A stretch of DNA of 64,000 nucleotides from Candidatus Limnocylindrales bacterium (GTDB lineage Bacteria > Chloroflexota > Limnocylindria > Limnocylindrales > CSP1-4): the NCBI GenBank assembly GCA_038322255.1, contig JBBQFS010000001.1, forward strand, positions 11,729 through 75,728. Reading direction: 5' to 3'. How positions within the stretch are numbered: the stretch's first letter is position 1; the number at the start of each line of letters is the position of its first letter. Positions 20,077 through 29,029 of the stretch are shown in pieces. The notes under the pieces were generated by a model. It ran no database searches, had not been told where the DNA came from, and worked only from the letters and a program-made list of their open reading frames with translations. The position numbers were made by a program, and so were the translations under genes.

Positions 20077-21593
20077 CCGACCTCGCCGCGCTGGCGGCCG
20101 AGCTGCTGCCCGGCGCGACGTGGGTCGGCGGGCCCAAGGCCAAGGGCGGTGAGCCGTCCGCGACGGGCCGCTCCATCGCGTGGGTGCGGATCCTCCGAGC
20201 CCGCGTTCCGGCCTTCGACGCCCTCGAGTCGGGCGACCTGGTCATCGCGCCGGCGTCGGCCCTCGCCGTCGTGGCGCCCGGCGAGGGCGAGCTGCGGGAC
20301 CTCGTCGCGGCGCTCGCCGCCGTGCCGGTCTCGGGCGTGCTCCTCCTCGAGAGCGAGGCGGGCGCCGGCACGACGCCGTTCGATGCGGCGGATGCGGCCG
20401 CAGCGGCACTCGGCTCGGCCGGCGTCCCGGCGATGCGGGTGGCCCGGACGGATGCCGCGACCCTGGAGCGCAGCGTGGTCGGGTTCATCGTCGCGCGTGG
20501 CGCCGAGCTCGAGCGGCAGGCGGCCCTGCTCGAGGCCGAGCTGCGCCGCCGGGCGCTGGAGGGCGGCGGCGTGGCGGCCCTGGTCGCCGCGGTCTCGAGC
20601 TTCCTCGGCCGGGCGCTGGCGGTCGAGGCGAGCCGCGGCGAGGCGATCGTGGTCCACGCGCCCGCCGAGGTTCCAACCGCGGCCGCCGACGCGGCCCGGT
20701 ATCAGGCGAGAGCCGGCGACCAGGCCGCTGTGGCGATGCGGGTCGCCCTACCATCCGCCTCCGGCGCCGCAGGGTCGGTGCTGATCCTGGGCGCCGAGCC
20801 GGCGTCGGAGCTTGGTCGGGTCACGCTGCCGCGCGTGGCCGGCCTGCTGGCGCTCGAGCTCGCCCGCGAAGAGGCGGTTCGGGGCGCGACCGATCGTGCG
20901 CGCCGCCCCGAGCCGATGCCGTCCGCGGGCCCGCCATGGGTCGTCGTGCTCGCCCGCCAGCGCGAGCCCGGCGGGGAGGACGATGCGCCGGCCGCCCGGA
21001 CGTCGCGGGAAGGCGTGCGCCGGGCGCTCCGACTCCTGGCCCCGGCCCGGCGGATGAGCCTCCGAGGCGACGCGGACAGCCTCGAGATCCGCCTTGTCGC
21101 CGCCGGCACGGCCGAGGAGATGCGCCGGCTCGTCGCGGGGACGGGCGAGATCCTCGGCCGGTCCGTCGCGATATCGCGGGAGTTCGCGGTCCCCGCCGAT
21201 CGGCCGGCCGCCGAGGCCGAGGCCCGAGCGACCCTCGAAGCCGCGCTCGTCCTCGAGCGCGCGCCGACGGTCGCCCGCGCGGACCGGCTGGCCGTCTACC
21301 GCATGCTGGGCGCGCTGCACAAGCTGCCTGACGGTCAGCGGCTCGCGCTGGCCGTCCTCGAACCGTTGCTCCACGCCCGTCCCGACGTCCGCCGCGAGCG
21401 CCTCGAGACCCTCCGCGTGCTGCTCGCCCATGGCAGCGTCGGCGAAGCGGCGGCGGCCCTCGGCGTGCATCGCAACACCGTGGCTTACCGCCTTCGCGGG
21501 ATCGAGGCGGCGACGGGCTGGCGACTCGCAGATCCGGAGTTGCGGCTCCCGTTGGCAGTCGCGATCGGACTCGTGCAAGAAGAACAAGTCTGA
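20073..21593 (+). CDS. PucR/CdaR family transcriptional regulator
   Basis: A GTG start overlaps the resB stop (GTGA). The C-terminal PucR-type HTH is LETLRVLLAHGSVGEAAAALGVHRNTVAYRLRGIEAATGWRL. Located directly upstream of glnA. Confidence 0.7.
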   Translation: MTDLAALAAELLPGATWVGGPKAKGGEPSATGRSIAWVRILRARVPAFDALESGDLVIAPASALAVVAPGEGELRDLVAALAAVPVSGVLLLESEAGAGTTPFDAADAAAAALGSAGVPAMRVARTDAATLERSVVGFIVARGAELERQAALLEAELRRRALEGGGVAALVAAVSSFLGRALAVEASRGEAIVVHAPAEVPTAAADAARYQARAGDQAAVAMRVALPSASGAAGSVLILGAEPASELGRVTLPRVAGLLALELAREEAVRGATDRARRPEPMPSAGPPWVVVLARQREPGGEDDAPAARTSREGVRRALRLLAPARRMSLRGDADSLEIRLVAAGTAEEMRRLVAGTGEILGRSVAISREFAVPADRPAAEAEARATLEAALVLERAPTVARADRLAVYRMLGALHKLPDGQRLALAVLEPLLHARPDVRRERLETLRVLLAHGSVGEAAAALGVHRNTVAYRLRGIEAATGWRLADPELRLPLAVAIGLVQEEQV

Positions 21594-21741
21594 CCTCCTG
21601 TGGCGGGCGATTTGCCTGCTCAGCTGCCCTCCGGGCGATGGTAAGGTGACCTCCCGAGAAACCCGGCCGAGCCGTTCCTCGTGCGTGGCGCACAAGACGA
21701 TCGGCGGGAACCGTCCGTCAGAAGGACAGGAGGCAGCGTCG

Positions 21742-23094
21742 GTGGTTGCGCCCTACGAAGCGGTGTCAGGCACGGAGCAGATCGAGCAGGCCAAGGCCAA
21801 GGGCATCCGGTTCATCCAGCTCCAGTTCACCGACATCATCGGTGTCGTCAAGGCGGTCACGATCCCGGTCCACCAGCTCGAGGGGTCGGTCCGGCACGGG
21901 ACCTGGTTCGATGGCTCCTCGGTCGAGGGCTTCACCCGGATCGCCGAGAGCGACCAGTACCTCATGCCCGACATGCGAACCTTCTCGGAGATCCCGTGGT
22001 CGAACGGCACCGCGGCCCGGGTCATCTGCGACGTCTTCACGCCACGAGGCGAGCCGTTCGCCGGCGATCCGCGCTTCGTCCTCCGCCGCCAGGTCGAGCG
22101 CGCCAAGAAGCTGGGCTACATCGTCAACATGGGGCCGGAGCTCGAGTTCTTCCTGTTCCGACGTGGGGACGACGGCACGATCGAGCCGCTGCCCCACGAC
22201 CAGGCCGGCTATTTCGACTTCAGCTCGGACCTCGCAACCACGATCCGGCATGACATGGTCGACGCCCTCGAAGCCTTCGGCATCCGCGTCGAGGCGGCCC
22301 ACCACGAGGTCGCGGCGGGCCAGCACGAGATCGACTTCGAGTATGCCGACGCCCTCCAGACCGCAGACAACGCGATCACTTTCAAGTTCACGCTCAAGGC
22401 GATCGCCCAGCAGCACGGCCTTTACGCGACCTTCATGCCCAAGCCGATCCACGGCATCAATGGCTCGGGCATGCATACCCACCAGAGCCTCTATTCGATC
22501 GACGACGCTCGGAACTCGTTCGCCGACGCCGAGGCGTCGTACGGGCTGTCGCCGCTGGCCAAGTCCTACGCGGCCGGGATCCTGGCCCACGCCCGGGGCA
22601 TGATCGCGGTCCTCGCGCCGCTCGTGAACAGCTACAAGCGGCTGGTCCCGGGCTACGAGGCCCCGACGTACCTGACCTGGGGCCGGACGAACCGGTCGGC
22701 GCTCATTCGCGTTCCGATGGTCTCGCCGGGCAAGTCGATCGAGGGCACCCGCCTCGAGGTCCGCTGCCCGGACCCCTCATCGAACACCTACCTTGCCTTC
22801 GCGGCGATGATCGCGGCCGGCCTCGACGGCGTCGAGAAGGGCCTCGAGCTCAGCGAGCCGGTCGAGGAGTCACTGTTCGAGATGGACGCGGCCCAGATCG
22901 CGGCGAAGTCGATCAAGGAGCTGCCAGGCACGCTCGGCGAGGCGCTCGACGAGCTCGAGAAGGACGACGTGATCCGCGAAGCCCTCGGGGACCACGTCTT
23001 CAGCCACTTCGTCGACGCCAAGCGCCTCGAGTGGGACGAGTACCGGACCCAGGTCTCCGACTGGGAGGTGGAGCGCTACCTCGAGCAGTTCTAG
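21742..23094 (+). CDS. glnA: Glutamine synthetase type I
   Basis: GGAGG RBS, then GTG at 21742. GS-I signatures (GPELEFFLF, HHEVAAGQHEIDF, KPIHGINGSGMHTHQSL, NSYKRLVPGYEAPTYLTWGRTNRSALIRVP). The long 5' part of the track ORF (from 21094) is rejected. Confidence 0.9.
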   Translation: MVAPYEAVSGTEQIEQAKAKGIRFIQLQFTDIIGVVKAVTIPVHQLEGSVRHGTWFDGSSVEGFTRIAESDQYLMPDMRTFSEIPWSNGTAARVICDVFTPRGEPFAGDPRFVLRRQVERAKKLGYIVNMGPELEFFLFRRGDDGTIEPLPHDQAGYFDFSSDLATTIRHDMVDALEAFGIRVEAAHHEVAAGQHEIDFEYADALQTADNAITFKFTLKAIAQQHGLYATFMPKPIHGINGSGMHTHQSLYSIDDARNSFADAEASYGLSPLAKSYAAGILAHARGMIAVLAPLVNSYKRLVPGYEAPTYLTWGRTNRSALIRVPMVSPGKSIEGTRLEVRCPDPSSNTYLAFAAMIAAGLDGVEKGLELSEPVEESLFEMDAAQIAAKSIKELPGTLGEALDELEKDDVIREALGDHVFSHFVDAKRLEWDEYRTQVSDWEVERYLEQF

Positions 23095-23137
23095 CGATCG
23101 CCTGTCGCGGGCCCCGCCTCGGTCCCCAGCAACACCA

Positions 23138-23175
23138 CCGAGCGGCCGGGTTCTCCGGCCGCTCGGTTCGTTTAT
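23138..23175 (+). terminator. Rho-independent terminator downstream of glnA
   Basis: Perfect 12-bp inverted repeat CCGAGCGGCCGG-gttct-CCGGCCGCTCGG, followed by TTCGTTTAT. Confidence 0.6.
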
Positions 23176-23341
23176 CGGCGAGCCATGTCGCCCTATGCTG
23201 CGCTGATGCCCGAACCGCCCCGACAGCTCGACCAGTGTGGCCCGAGCGCCATCCGCGTCGGCGACGGCTACCTGAGCACGTGGCGCCTGCGCGCCTCGAC
23301 GCCGCTGCCCGACTGAGCCCGGCGCGAACCTGGCGCCGCCG

Positions 23342-24610
23342 GTGTCAATCGACGATCCACGCTCCGCCGCGTCGCCGCGGATCCACCCTGAGCGGACGCT
23401 CTGGCTGCTCTCGATCGCCCACGCGGTCAACCACGCCCAGGCGGTGGTCCTGCCGCTGATCTTCCTGCGGATCATCGACGAGTTCGGGGTTGGCGTGCAG
23501 GCGGTCACCTTCGTCGCGGCGGCGGGCGCGATCTCGTCCGGGATCATCCAGGCGAGCTACGCCTTCGTCACCCGTCACGTCGAGCGGCGCCTGCTGCTGA
23601 CCGCCGGCGGGCTGCTCTTCGGGCTGGGCTTCGCGGCCCAAGCCGCGGCGACGTCCTTCTTCGGCTTCGCGGTGACGAACGTGGTGTCGAGAGTCGGCGG
23701 CTCGCCCCAGCACCCGGTCGGCAACGCGCTCCTGGTCGAGCAGTTCCCGACCGAGCGGCGGGGCTTCGCGATCAGCGCCCACATCTCGGGCGGCAACGTC
23801 GGCACGGTCGTCGCGGCACTGGCCGGCCCGCCGCTCCTCGCGGCTGCCGGCTGGCGGGGCGTCTCGATCGTCTTCGGGATCCCGGCGGCGCTGATCGCGG
23901 TGGCGATGTTCCGCTGGATTCGCGAGACCGGCGCCGACCGACTGGCCGCGATCCGCGAAGGCTCCGTGCGCGACGCGATGCGCACGATCGCGCGAAGCTC
24001 CACGATCAAGCGCACGTACCTCGCGTCCGTCTTCGGCGGCGGCGGGCGCGGCCTCGGCGTCGCGAACCTGTTCGCGCTGCTGTACATCACCCACGTTCTG
24101 GGGCTGCCCGAATCGACGACGAACCTCATGTACGCCGGGCTCATCGTGCTCTCGGTGCCGATGCCGCTCGTGGCGGGCTGGCTCTCGGACCGCTATGGGC
24201 GGCGGCCAACGATCCTCGGGGCCTACCTCGGCGGCGCCGCCGGGTTCGTGATCTTCATCGCCGCGGGCTCGAGCCTGCTGGGCCTGTGGGTCGGCATCGC
24301 GATCATGGGCCTGTTCTCGTTCGCCGAGAGCCCCCAGCTGCAGGCCCTCCTCGCGGACATCGTGCCAACGGGCATCCGGGACGTCGCTTTCGCCCTGTAC
24401 TTCACGCTCGCCTTCGGCGTCGGCTCGCTGTGGACCGCCGCGTACGGCGCGATCATCGAGGCGACCGGGGAGGCGACCGGGCTGCCGATCGTGTTCGGGC
24501 TGATGGCCGCGTCGTTCGTCGGGGCGGCCGTCATCATGTACCCGGTCCGGGACCCGCCGCGCCGGTCGGCGCCGCGCGAATCGGCGCCGCGCCAGGGCCT
24601 CGCCGACTGA
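23342..24610 (+). CDS. MFS transporter (12 TMS)
   Basis: GTG start. Hydrophobic profile and MFS motifs (GWLSDRYGRRPT, LGVANLFALLYITHVLG). Confidence 0.75.
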   Translation: MSIDDPRSAASPRIHPERTLWLLSIAHAVNHAQAVVLPLIFLRIIDEFGVGVQAVTFVAAAGAISSGIIQASYAFVTRHVERRLLLTAGGLLFGLGFAAQAAATSFFGFAVTNVVSRVGGSPQHPVGNALLVEQFPTERRGFAISAHISGGNVGTVVAALAGPPLLAAAGWRGVSIVFGIPAALIAVAMFRWIRETGADRLAAIREGSVRDAMRTIARSSTIKRTYLASVFGGGGRGLGVANLFALLYITHVLGLPESTTNLMYAGLIVLSVPMPLVAGWLSDRYGRRPTILGAYLGGAAGFVIFIAAGSSLLGLWVGIAIMGLFSFAESPQLQALLADIVPTGIRDVAFALYFTLAFGVGSLWTAAYGAIIEATGEATGLPIVFGLMAASFVGAAVIMYPVRDPPRRSAPRESAPRQGLAD

Positions 24611-24664
24611 CCTCCGGAGGCCCTCTGCTATGCTCCCCGAGCCCTGTCAAACGGGCACCTCAGT

Positions 24665-24741
24665 CGGGGCGTAGCGCAGCCTGGTAGCGCGCTTCGTTCG
24701 GGACGAAGAAGTCGTGGGTTCGAATCCCGCCGCCCCGACCA
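24665..24741 (+). tRNA. tRNA-Pro (anticodon CGG)
   Basis: Manual fold. The acceptor, D and T arms are nearly identical to those of the tRNA-Pro at 13168. The anticodon stem CTTCG/CGAAG has loop TTCGGGA (anticodon CGG). CCA is encoded. Confidence 0.85.
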
Positions 24742-24799
24742 TACTCACCGCTTCCCGATCCGAATACGTTGGCGTCCGCTCGAGCCCGAGGAGGAAGCC

Positions 24800-25090
24800 T
24801 TGACCCAGTACCACCTCGCCATCGACGAGGGCGATGTCGCCCCGACCGTCCTGATGCCGGGCGACCCCGGCCGCGTCCCGACTGGCACGCGTCTGGCGCC
24901 TGCGTGCCGGTGGGATCTCGGTCGTTCTCGATACGCCCGCAAGGTTTCGGCGAAGGGCGAGGAGTTCGACCCGGATACGCAGTTCGAGCACACCGCCTAC
25001 TCCATCCAGCGGCTCGCGCGGCTCGGCTGCGAGATCGTTCGCGAGCTGCACGAGCAGGACCAGCGCCGGGCCTCGCGCCCCGGAAGCTGA
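24800..25090 (+). pseudogene. Remnant ORF: the first 25 codons match the purine/uridine nucleoside phosphorylase (PNP_UDP_1, DeoD-like) N-terminus, then the homology ends
   Basis: GAGGAGG RBS, then a TTG start. MTQYHLAIDEGDVAPTVLMPGDPGR parallels the DeoD N-terminus (HI.AE.GD.A..VLMPGDPLRA). The remaining 70 codons have no PNP similarity. The ORF is 96 aa, against about 235 aa for a full enzyme. Confidence 0.35.
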
Positions 25091-25113
25091 GACCGGGTCA
25101 GGACATCAAGCCT

Positions 25114-26394
25114 ATGGACGTGGGCCTGTCGATGGGCAAGATGGTGGGCATGACGCAGCCACCCGGATCGGGTCGCCGGCTCTCGTCACCCCGCCGGCTC
25201 GTGGCCCTCGCCACGGCGTTCGCCCTCATGGCGCTGGCAGGGACGGCGTCAGTCGCCGCAGGGCGGCCGGTTGCAGTCGATGCCGCACCCCAGGGAGCCC
25301 TCGCGGTCCCTGGCCCGGGCAGCCTCGTCCTCCAGCTTCGGGCATCCGGCCTGTCGAACCCTGTCTTCGTGACCACCGCGCGGGACTCGACCGGACGGCT
25401 GTTCATCGTCGAGCAGACCGGCCGGATCAGGATCTACCAGAGCGGCAACCTGCTCGCCATGCCGTTCCTGTCGATCGCCGGGCTGGCGGGCGGCCATGAG
25501 CAGGGCCTGCTCGGCCTGGCTTTCCACCCGAGCTACCCGTCGAACCGCAAGCTCTACGTCAACCTCACCAATGCGGCCGGCGACACGCTCATCCGCGAAT
25601 ACCGCGCCTCGAGCACGAATCCGAACGTCGTCGACACGAGCACGGCCAGGAACGTGCTCAAGATCAGCCAGCCCTACGCCAACCACAACGGCGGCATGCT
25701 CGCGTTCGGGCCCGACGGGTACCTCTACATCGGGATGGGCGACGGTGGTTCCGGCGGTGACCCCGGCAACCGTGCCCAGAGCACGAGCACGCTCCTCGGC
25801 AAGATGCTCCGGATCAACGTGAATGGCACGACGTCCACGAGGGGCTACCTGATCCCGTCCACCAACCCCCACGTCGGGAAGACCGGCCTCGACGAGATCT
25901 GGCAGATCGGCCTGCGCAACCCGTGGCGCTTCTCCTTCGATCGGGCAAACGGCAATCTCTGGATCGGTGACGTCGGCCAGGCCAAGTGGGAGGAGATCGA
26001 CCGGGCGGTGAAGACGTCAGCGGGAGCGGGCAGGGGCGTCAACTGGGGCTGGCGGTTCATGGAGGGCCGGCACTGCTTCAATCCTTCGTCCGGTTGCAGC
26101 TCGGCCGGCAAGAACCTGCCGATCGTCGAGTTCGATCATGGCAACGGGCGGTGCTCGGTGACGGGCGGCTACGTGTACCGCGGCACGGCGATCCCGGCGC
26201 TGGCTGGTTCGTATGTCTTCGCCGACTACTGCAGCGGCGAGATCTTCTGGATCACCGCGAATGCCGCTCCACCGCAGACCCGGCACCTGCTCCTCGACAC
26301 AGCGTTCAACATCTCGTCATTCGGCGAGGACGCTGCGGGCGAGCTCTACGTCGTCGACCACGGCGGGGCGCTGTACGCGGTCGCCAAGGCCTGA
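25114..26394 (+). CDS. PQQ-dependent soluble sugar dehydrogenase (glucose/sorbosone dehydrogenase, YliI family), secreted
   Basis: Signal-peptide-like N-terminus (SPRRLVALATAFALMALAGTASVAAG). Beta-propeller motifs (LFIVEQTGRIRIY, GLLGLAFHP, ANHNGGMLAFGPDGYLYIGMGDGG, NPWRFSFD, GNLWIGDVGQ). The start is ambiguous, with ATG candidates at 25114, 25132 and 25150. Confidence 0.8.
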   Translation: MDVGLSMGKMVGMTQPPGSGRRLSSPRRLVALATAFALMALAGTASVAAGRPVAVDAAPQGALAVPGPGSLVLQLRASGLSNPVFVTTARDSTGRLFIVEQTGRIRIYQSGNLLAMPFLSIAGLAGGHEQGLLGLAFHPSYPSNRKLYVNLTNAAGDTLIREYRASSTNPNVVDTSTARNVLKISQPYANHNGGMLAFGPDGYLYIGMGDGGSGGDPGNRAQSTSTLLGKMLRINVNGTTSTRGYLIPSTNPHVGKTGLDEIWQIGLRNPWRFSFDRANGNLWIGDVGQAKWEEIDRAVKTSAGAGRGVNWGWRFMEGRHCFNPSSGCSSAGKNLPIVEFDHGNGRCSVTGGYVYRGTAIPALAGSYVFADYCSGEIFWITANAAPPQTRHLLLDTAFNISSFGEDAAGELYVVDHGGALYAVAKA

Positions 26395-26442
26395 CCTCCC
26401 GCAAGGCCTGACCGCCGGCGGATCACCTGTCACGCTCCAGGT

Positions 26443-27090
26443 GTGACAACGCCCGCAGGCGCCACGATCGAGCTCGAGACGGCGACGGCCGCGATCTCCG
26501 CCGCCGACCCGATGTTCGCGGCCTTCATCGCGGGGGCCGGGCCGTATGCCCCGAGGCCGGGCCAGGGTGACCCACTGGCATCGCTGGCGAGGGCGATCGT
26601 CTTCCAGCAGCTCGCGACTCGCGCCGCCGCGGCGATCCACGGGCGGTTCGTCGAGGCGATCGGCGGAGCCGTCACGCCCGAGGCGATTCTGGCCACCGAT
26701 GTGACCGCCCTTCGCGCTGCCGGCCTCTCCGGCGCCAAGACCGCGTCGCTGCAGGATCTCGCCGCGAAGGTCACCGACGGGACGGTCCCGCTCGACGGTC
26801 TCGACGCGCTCGAGGACGACGAGATCGTGACGCGGCTCACGGCCGTGCGTGGCATCGGCCGCTGGACGGCCGAGATGTTCCTCCTCTTCGAGCTGCAGCG
26901 GCCGGACGTCTGGCCGGTCGACGATCTCGGCATCCGCCACGGCTGGCGCCTCATCCACGGACAGGCGGAGCTCCTCAAGCCGCGCGAGCTCCAGGCAGAG
27001 GGCGATCGATTTCGACCGCACCGGAGCGTGGTCGCGCTCTACTGCTGGCACGCCGTCCACGTCGACCGCGGCCAGGTTCCCGCCGGCTAG
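26443..27090 (+). CDS. DNA-3-methyladenine glycosylase II family (HhH-GPD) protein
   Basis: GTG start. HhH-GPD motifs (LTAVRGIGRWTAEMFLLF, WPVDDLGIRHGW). Confidence 0.75.
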   Translation: MTTPAGATIELETATAAISAADPMFAAFIAGAGPYAPRPGQGDPLASLARAIVFQQLATRAAAAIHGRFVEAIGGAVTPEAILATDVTALRAAGLSGAKTASLQDLAAKVTDGTVPLDGLDALEDDEIVTRLTAVRGIGRWTAEMFLLFELQRPDVWPVDDLGIRHGWRLIHGQAELLKPRELQAEGDRFRPHRSVVALYCWHAVHVDRGQVPAG

Positions 27091-27551
27091 GGCGACGTCC
27101 CTGCGGTCGCCCCGGCCGAGAACCCCGCCGGCGAATCGGCCGCCGACCAGCCCGACACCGCATCGATGCGGAAAGTGACGATCTGGGCGAACGTCGTCTC
27201 GGCGTACTGCGCATAGCGCTGGCGAAGCGACCGTTCGAGGGCGTCGACTCGCTCGGCCGGCTCGACCGTCCGGACCAGGGCCAGGCGGACCCACCACAGG
27301 GTCGACCAGTCGTGGGCATTCCAGTGCTCTACCAGGAGCGTCGCCCGGGGGTCTCGCTCGAGGTTGCGGACCCGCCCGAGCGCCGCGGACCCCTTCGGCT
27401 TGACCGAATCGATCGGGATCGCGAGGCGGTCGCCATCGATCGCGAAGCACGCCGGCACGACGTCCGCGACGCCCGTGCGATTGAGCGTCGCCAGCACGCC
27501 GTGGTCCGCGGCCGCGGCCCGACGCATCGCCTCAACTCGGTCCAGATGCAT
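27087..27551 (-). CDS. PPOX-class (pyridoxamine 5'-phosphate oxidase-like) F420-dependent oxidoreductase family protein
   Basis: GGGAGGT RBS, then ATG at 27551 (MHLDRVEAMRRAAAADHGVLATLNRTGVADVVPACFAIDGDRLAIPIDSVKPK...). The long 5' extension of the track ORF is rejected. Confidence 0.65.
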   Translation of the reverse strand: MHLDRVEAMRRAAAADHGVLATLNRTGVADVVPACFAIDGDRLAIPIDSVKPKGSAALGRVRNLERDPRATLLVEHWNAHDWSTLWWVRLALVRTVEPAERVDALERSLRQRYAQYAETTFAQIVTFRIDAVSGWSAADSPAGFSAGATAGTSP

Positions 27552-27676
27552 CCCGACCTCCCTGGAGGGCTGCGCCACACCCCGGGCGCCCGACTCGTCC
27601 GTCAGTCTCCCATCGAACCACGTACCGCGTGCGGGGTCGGTCCGGCGACCCTCCCGAGCGGTACGATCGTGCGCCG

Positions 27677-28447
27677 ATGGACCTTCTTCCCGCGCTCGGC
27701 CTGATCGGCCTGCTCCTCGTGAAGGAGGCCGGCGTGCCGGTGCCCGTGCCGGGCGACCTGCTTGTTCTCGGCGCCGGAATCGCGGCGGCGGGCGCGGGCC
27801 TCGCCGCCGGAGGCGTGCCGGCCTTGCCGGCACCGCTGCTTCTGGCCGCCATCCTGACCGCGGGCTTCGTCGGGGGGAGCCTCCAATTTGCGCTCGTGCG
27901 AGTGGCGTTTCGGGAGCCGCTTCTGCGGTTGCTCACCCGCTTCGGGGTGCCGCGCGACCGTCTCGATGGTCTCGCCGGGTGGCTTCGGCAACGAGGCGCT
28001 GTCGGCGTGGCCCTCGCGCGTGCGACACCCGGCGTGCGGGTCGGGGCCACGGCCGCGAGCGGCCTCGCGGCGCTGCCGTTCGGGGCGTTCCTGCCTGGCC
28101 TCGTCGCGGGGAACACGCTCTTCGTGGGCGGTCACTTCGCGTTGGGCTATGTGGCAGGCCCGGCGGCCCTGGCGCTCATCGCCGCAACCGGCGGGTTCGC
28201 GCTGGCGGTCGGCGGGTTCGTCATCCTCGCTCTGATCGGCGCCGGCGGCTGGCGCGTCCTTCGCCGCCGTCGGGCTGCGGCGTCTGCGGGGGGTTCGAGC
28301 GCGTCGCCGGTCGCCGCGCGGGCCGCCCGGTCCGGCGCGAGCGGGGAGCGCGCGCTGCCACTCGACCTCCCAAGCCTCGCGACCTGGGCCGAGGCCGCCT
28401 GCCCAGCCTGCCTCGCAGTGTCGCTGGTCCGGGGCCGAGGGGCGTAA
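27677..28447 (+). CDS. DedA/VTT-domain family membrane protein
   Basis: ATG at 27677 (MDLLPALGLIGLLLVKEAGVPVPVPGDLLVLGAG...). Multi-TM protein with an Ala/Gly-rich C-terminal basic tail. Confidence 0.7.
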   Translation: MDLLPALGLIGLLLVKEAGVPVPVPGDLLVLGAGIAAAGAGLAAGGVPALPAPLLLAAILTAGFVGGSLQFALVRVAFREPLLRLLTRFGVPRDRLDGLAGWLRQRGAVGVALARATPGVRVGATAASGLAALPFGAFLPGLVAGNTLFVGGHFALGYVAGPAALALIAATGGFALAVGGFVILALIGAGGWRVLRRRRAAASAGGSSASPVAARAARSGASGERALPLDLPSLATWAEAACPACLAVSLVRGRGA

Positions 28448-28509
28448 GCGGCGGGGGGTAGCCGCACGTTTGGAGCCCTGGGGTGTAGGGTGGATGCAGG
28501 GGGTGACGG

Positions 28510-28950
28510 ATGCCGTCAGCAGAGCGCACGGTCAGCATCGACCGGCCGGTGGCCGAGGTCTTCGAGTTCGTCGCCGACGGGCGAAATGCACCGCGCTGGC
28601 GTAGCGGGGTCCAGGACGTCGCGCACCAATCCGGCGAGGGCGTCGGCGCTGCCTACCGGCAGGGCGTACGCGGTCCCGGTGGCCGCAGGGTCGCCGCCGA
28701 CTACGAGATCACGAGCTACGAGCCAGGACGGCTCCTGGCGTTCCGCGCGATCGCCGGGCCCGTTCGGCCCGAGGGCTCCTACCGGTTCTCGCCTGACTCG
28801 GGCCGGACGGTCGTGACCTTCTCGCTGCACGTCGAGCTCTCGGGCTGGAAGCGGCTCGTGATGGGTCGGGCCGTCCAATCGACGATGGACGCCGAGATGA
28901 CTGCACTCGACAAGCTGAAGTCGACCCTCGAAAGCTCACCGACGGCCTGA
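28510..28950 (+). CDS. SRPBCC family protein (polyketide cyclase/dehydrase-like, Polyketide_cyc2)
   Basis: GGGGGTGA RBS, then ATG. N-terminus RTVSIDRPVAEVFEFVADGRNAPRWRSGV is typical of SRPBCC. Confidence 0.75.
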   Translation: MPSAERTVSIDRPVAEVFEFVADGRNAPRWRSGVQDVAHQSGEGVGAAYRQGVRGPGGRRVAADYEITSYEPGRLLAFRAIAGPVRPEGSYRFSPDSGRTVVTFSLHVELSGWKRLVMGRAVQSTMDAEMTALDKLKSTLESSPTA

Positions 28951-29029
28951 GCCGGCAGCAGCCCCCACGGGTCCGAGAGGCCTGGCGACTTCTCAGGAAA
29001 ATCTCACGTTCCGATCCTTGAATGCTGAC

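Noticed and set aside
21094-21741. 5' extension of the glnA ORF in the track (666 aa)
   Set aside because: Glutamine synthetase homology starts at the GTG at 21742, which has a GGAGG RBS. The extension overlaps the PucR gene.
13168-24741. Genomic island bounded by the two tRNA-Pro genes
   Set aside because: The interval holds core genes (glnA, resB, a trans-sulfuration enzyme). There is no integrase and no tRNA 3'-end direct repeat. The anticodons differ.
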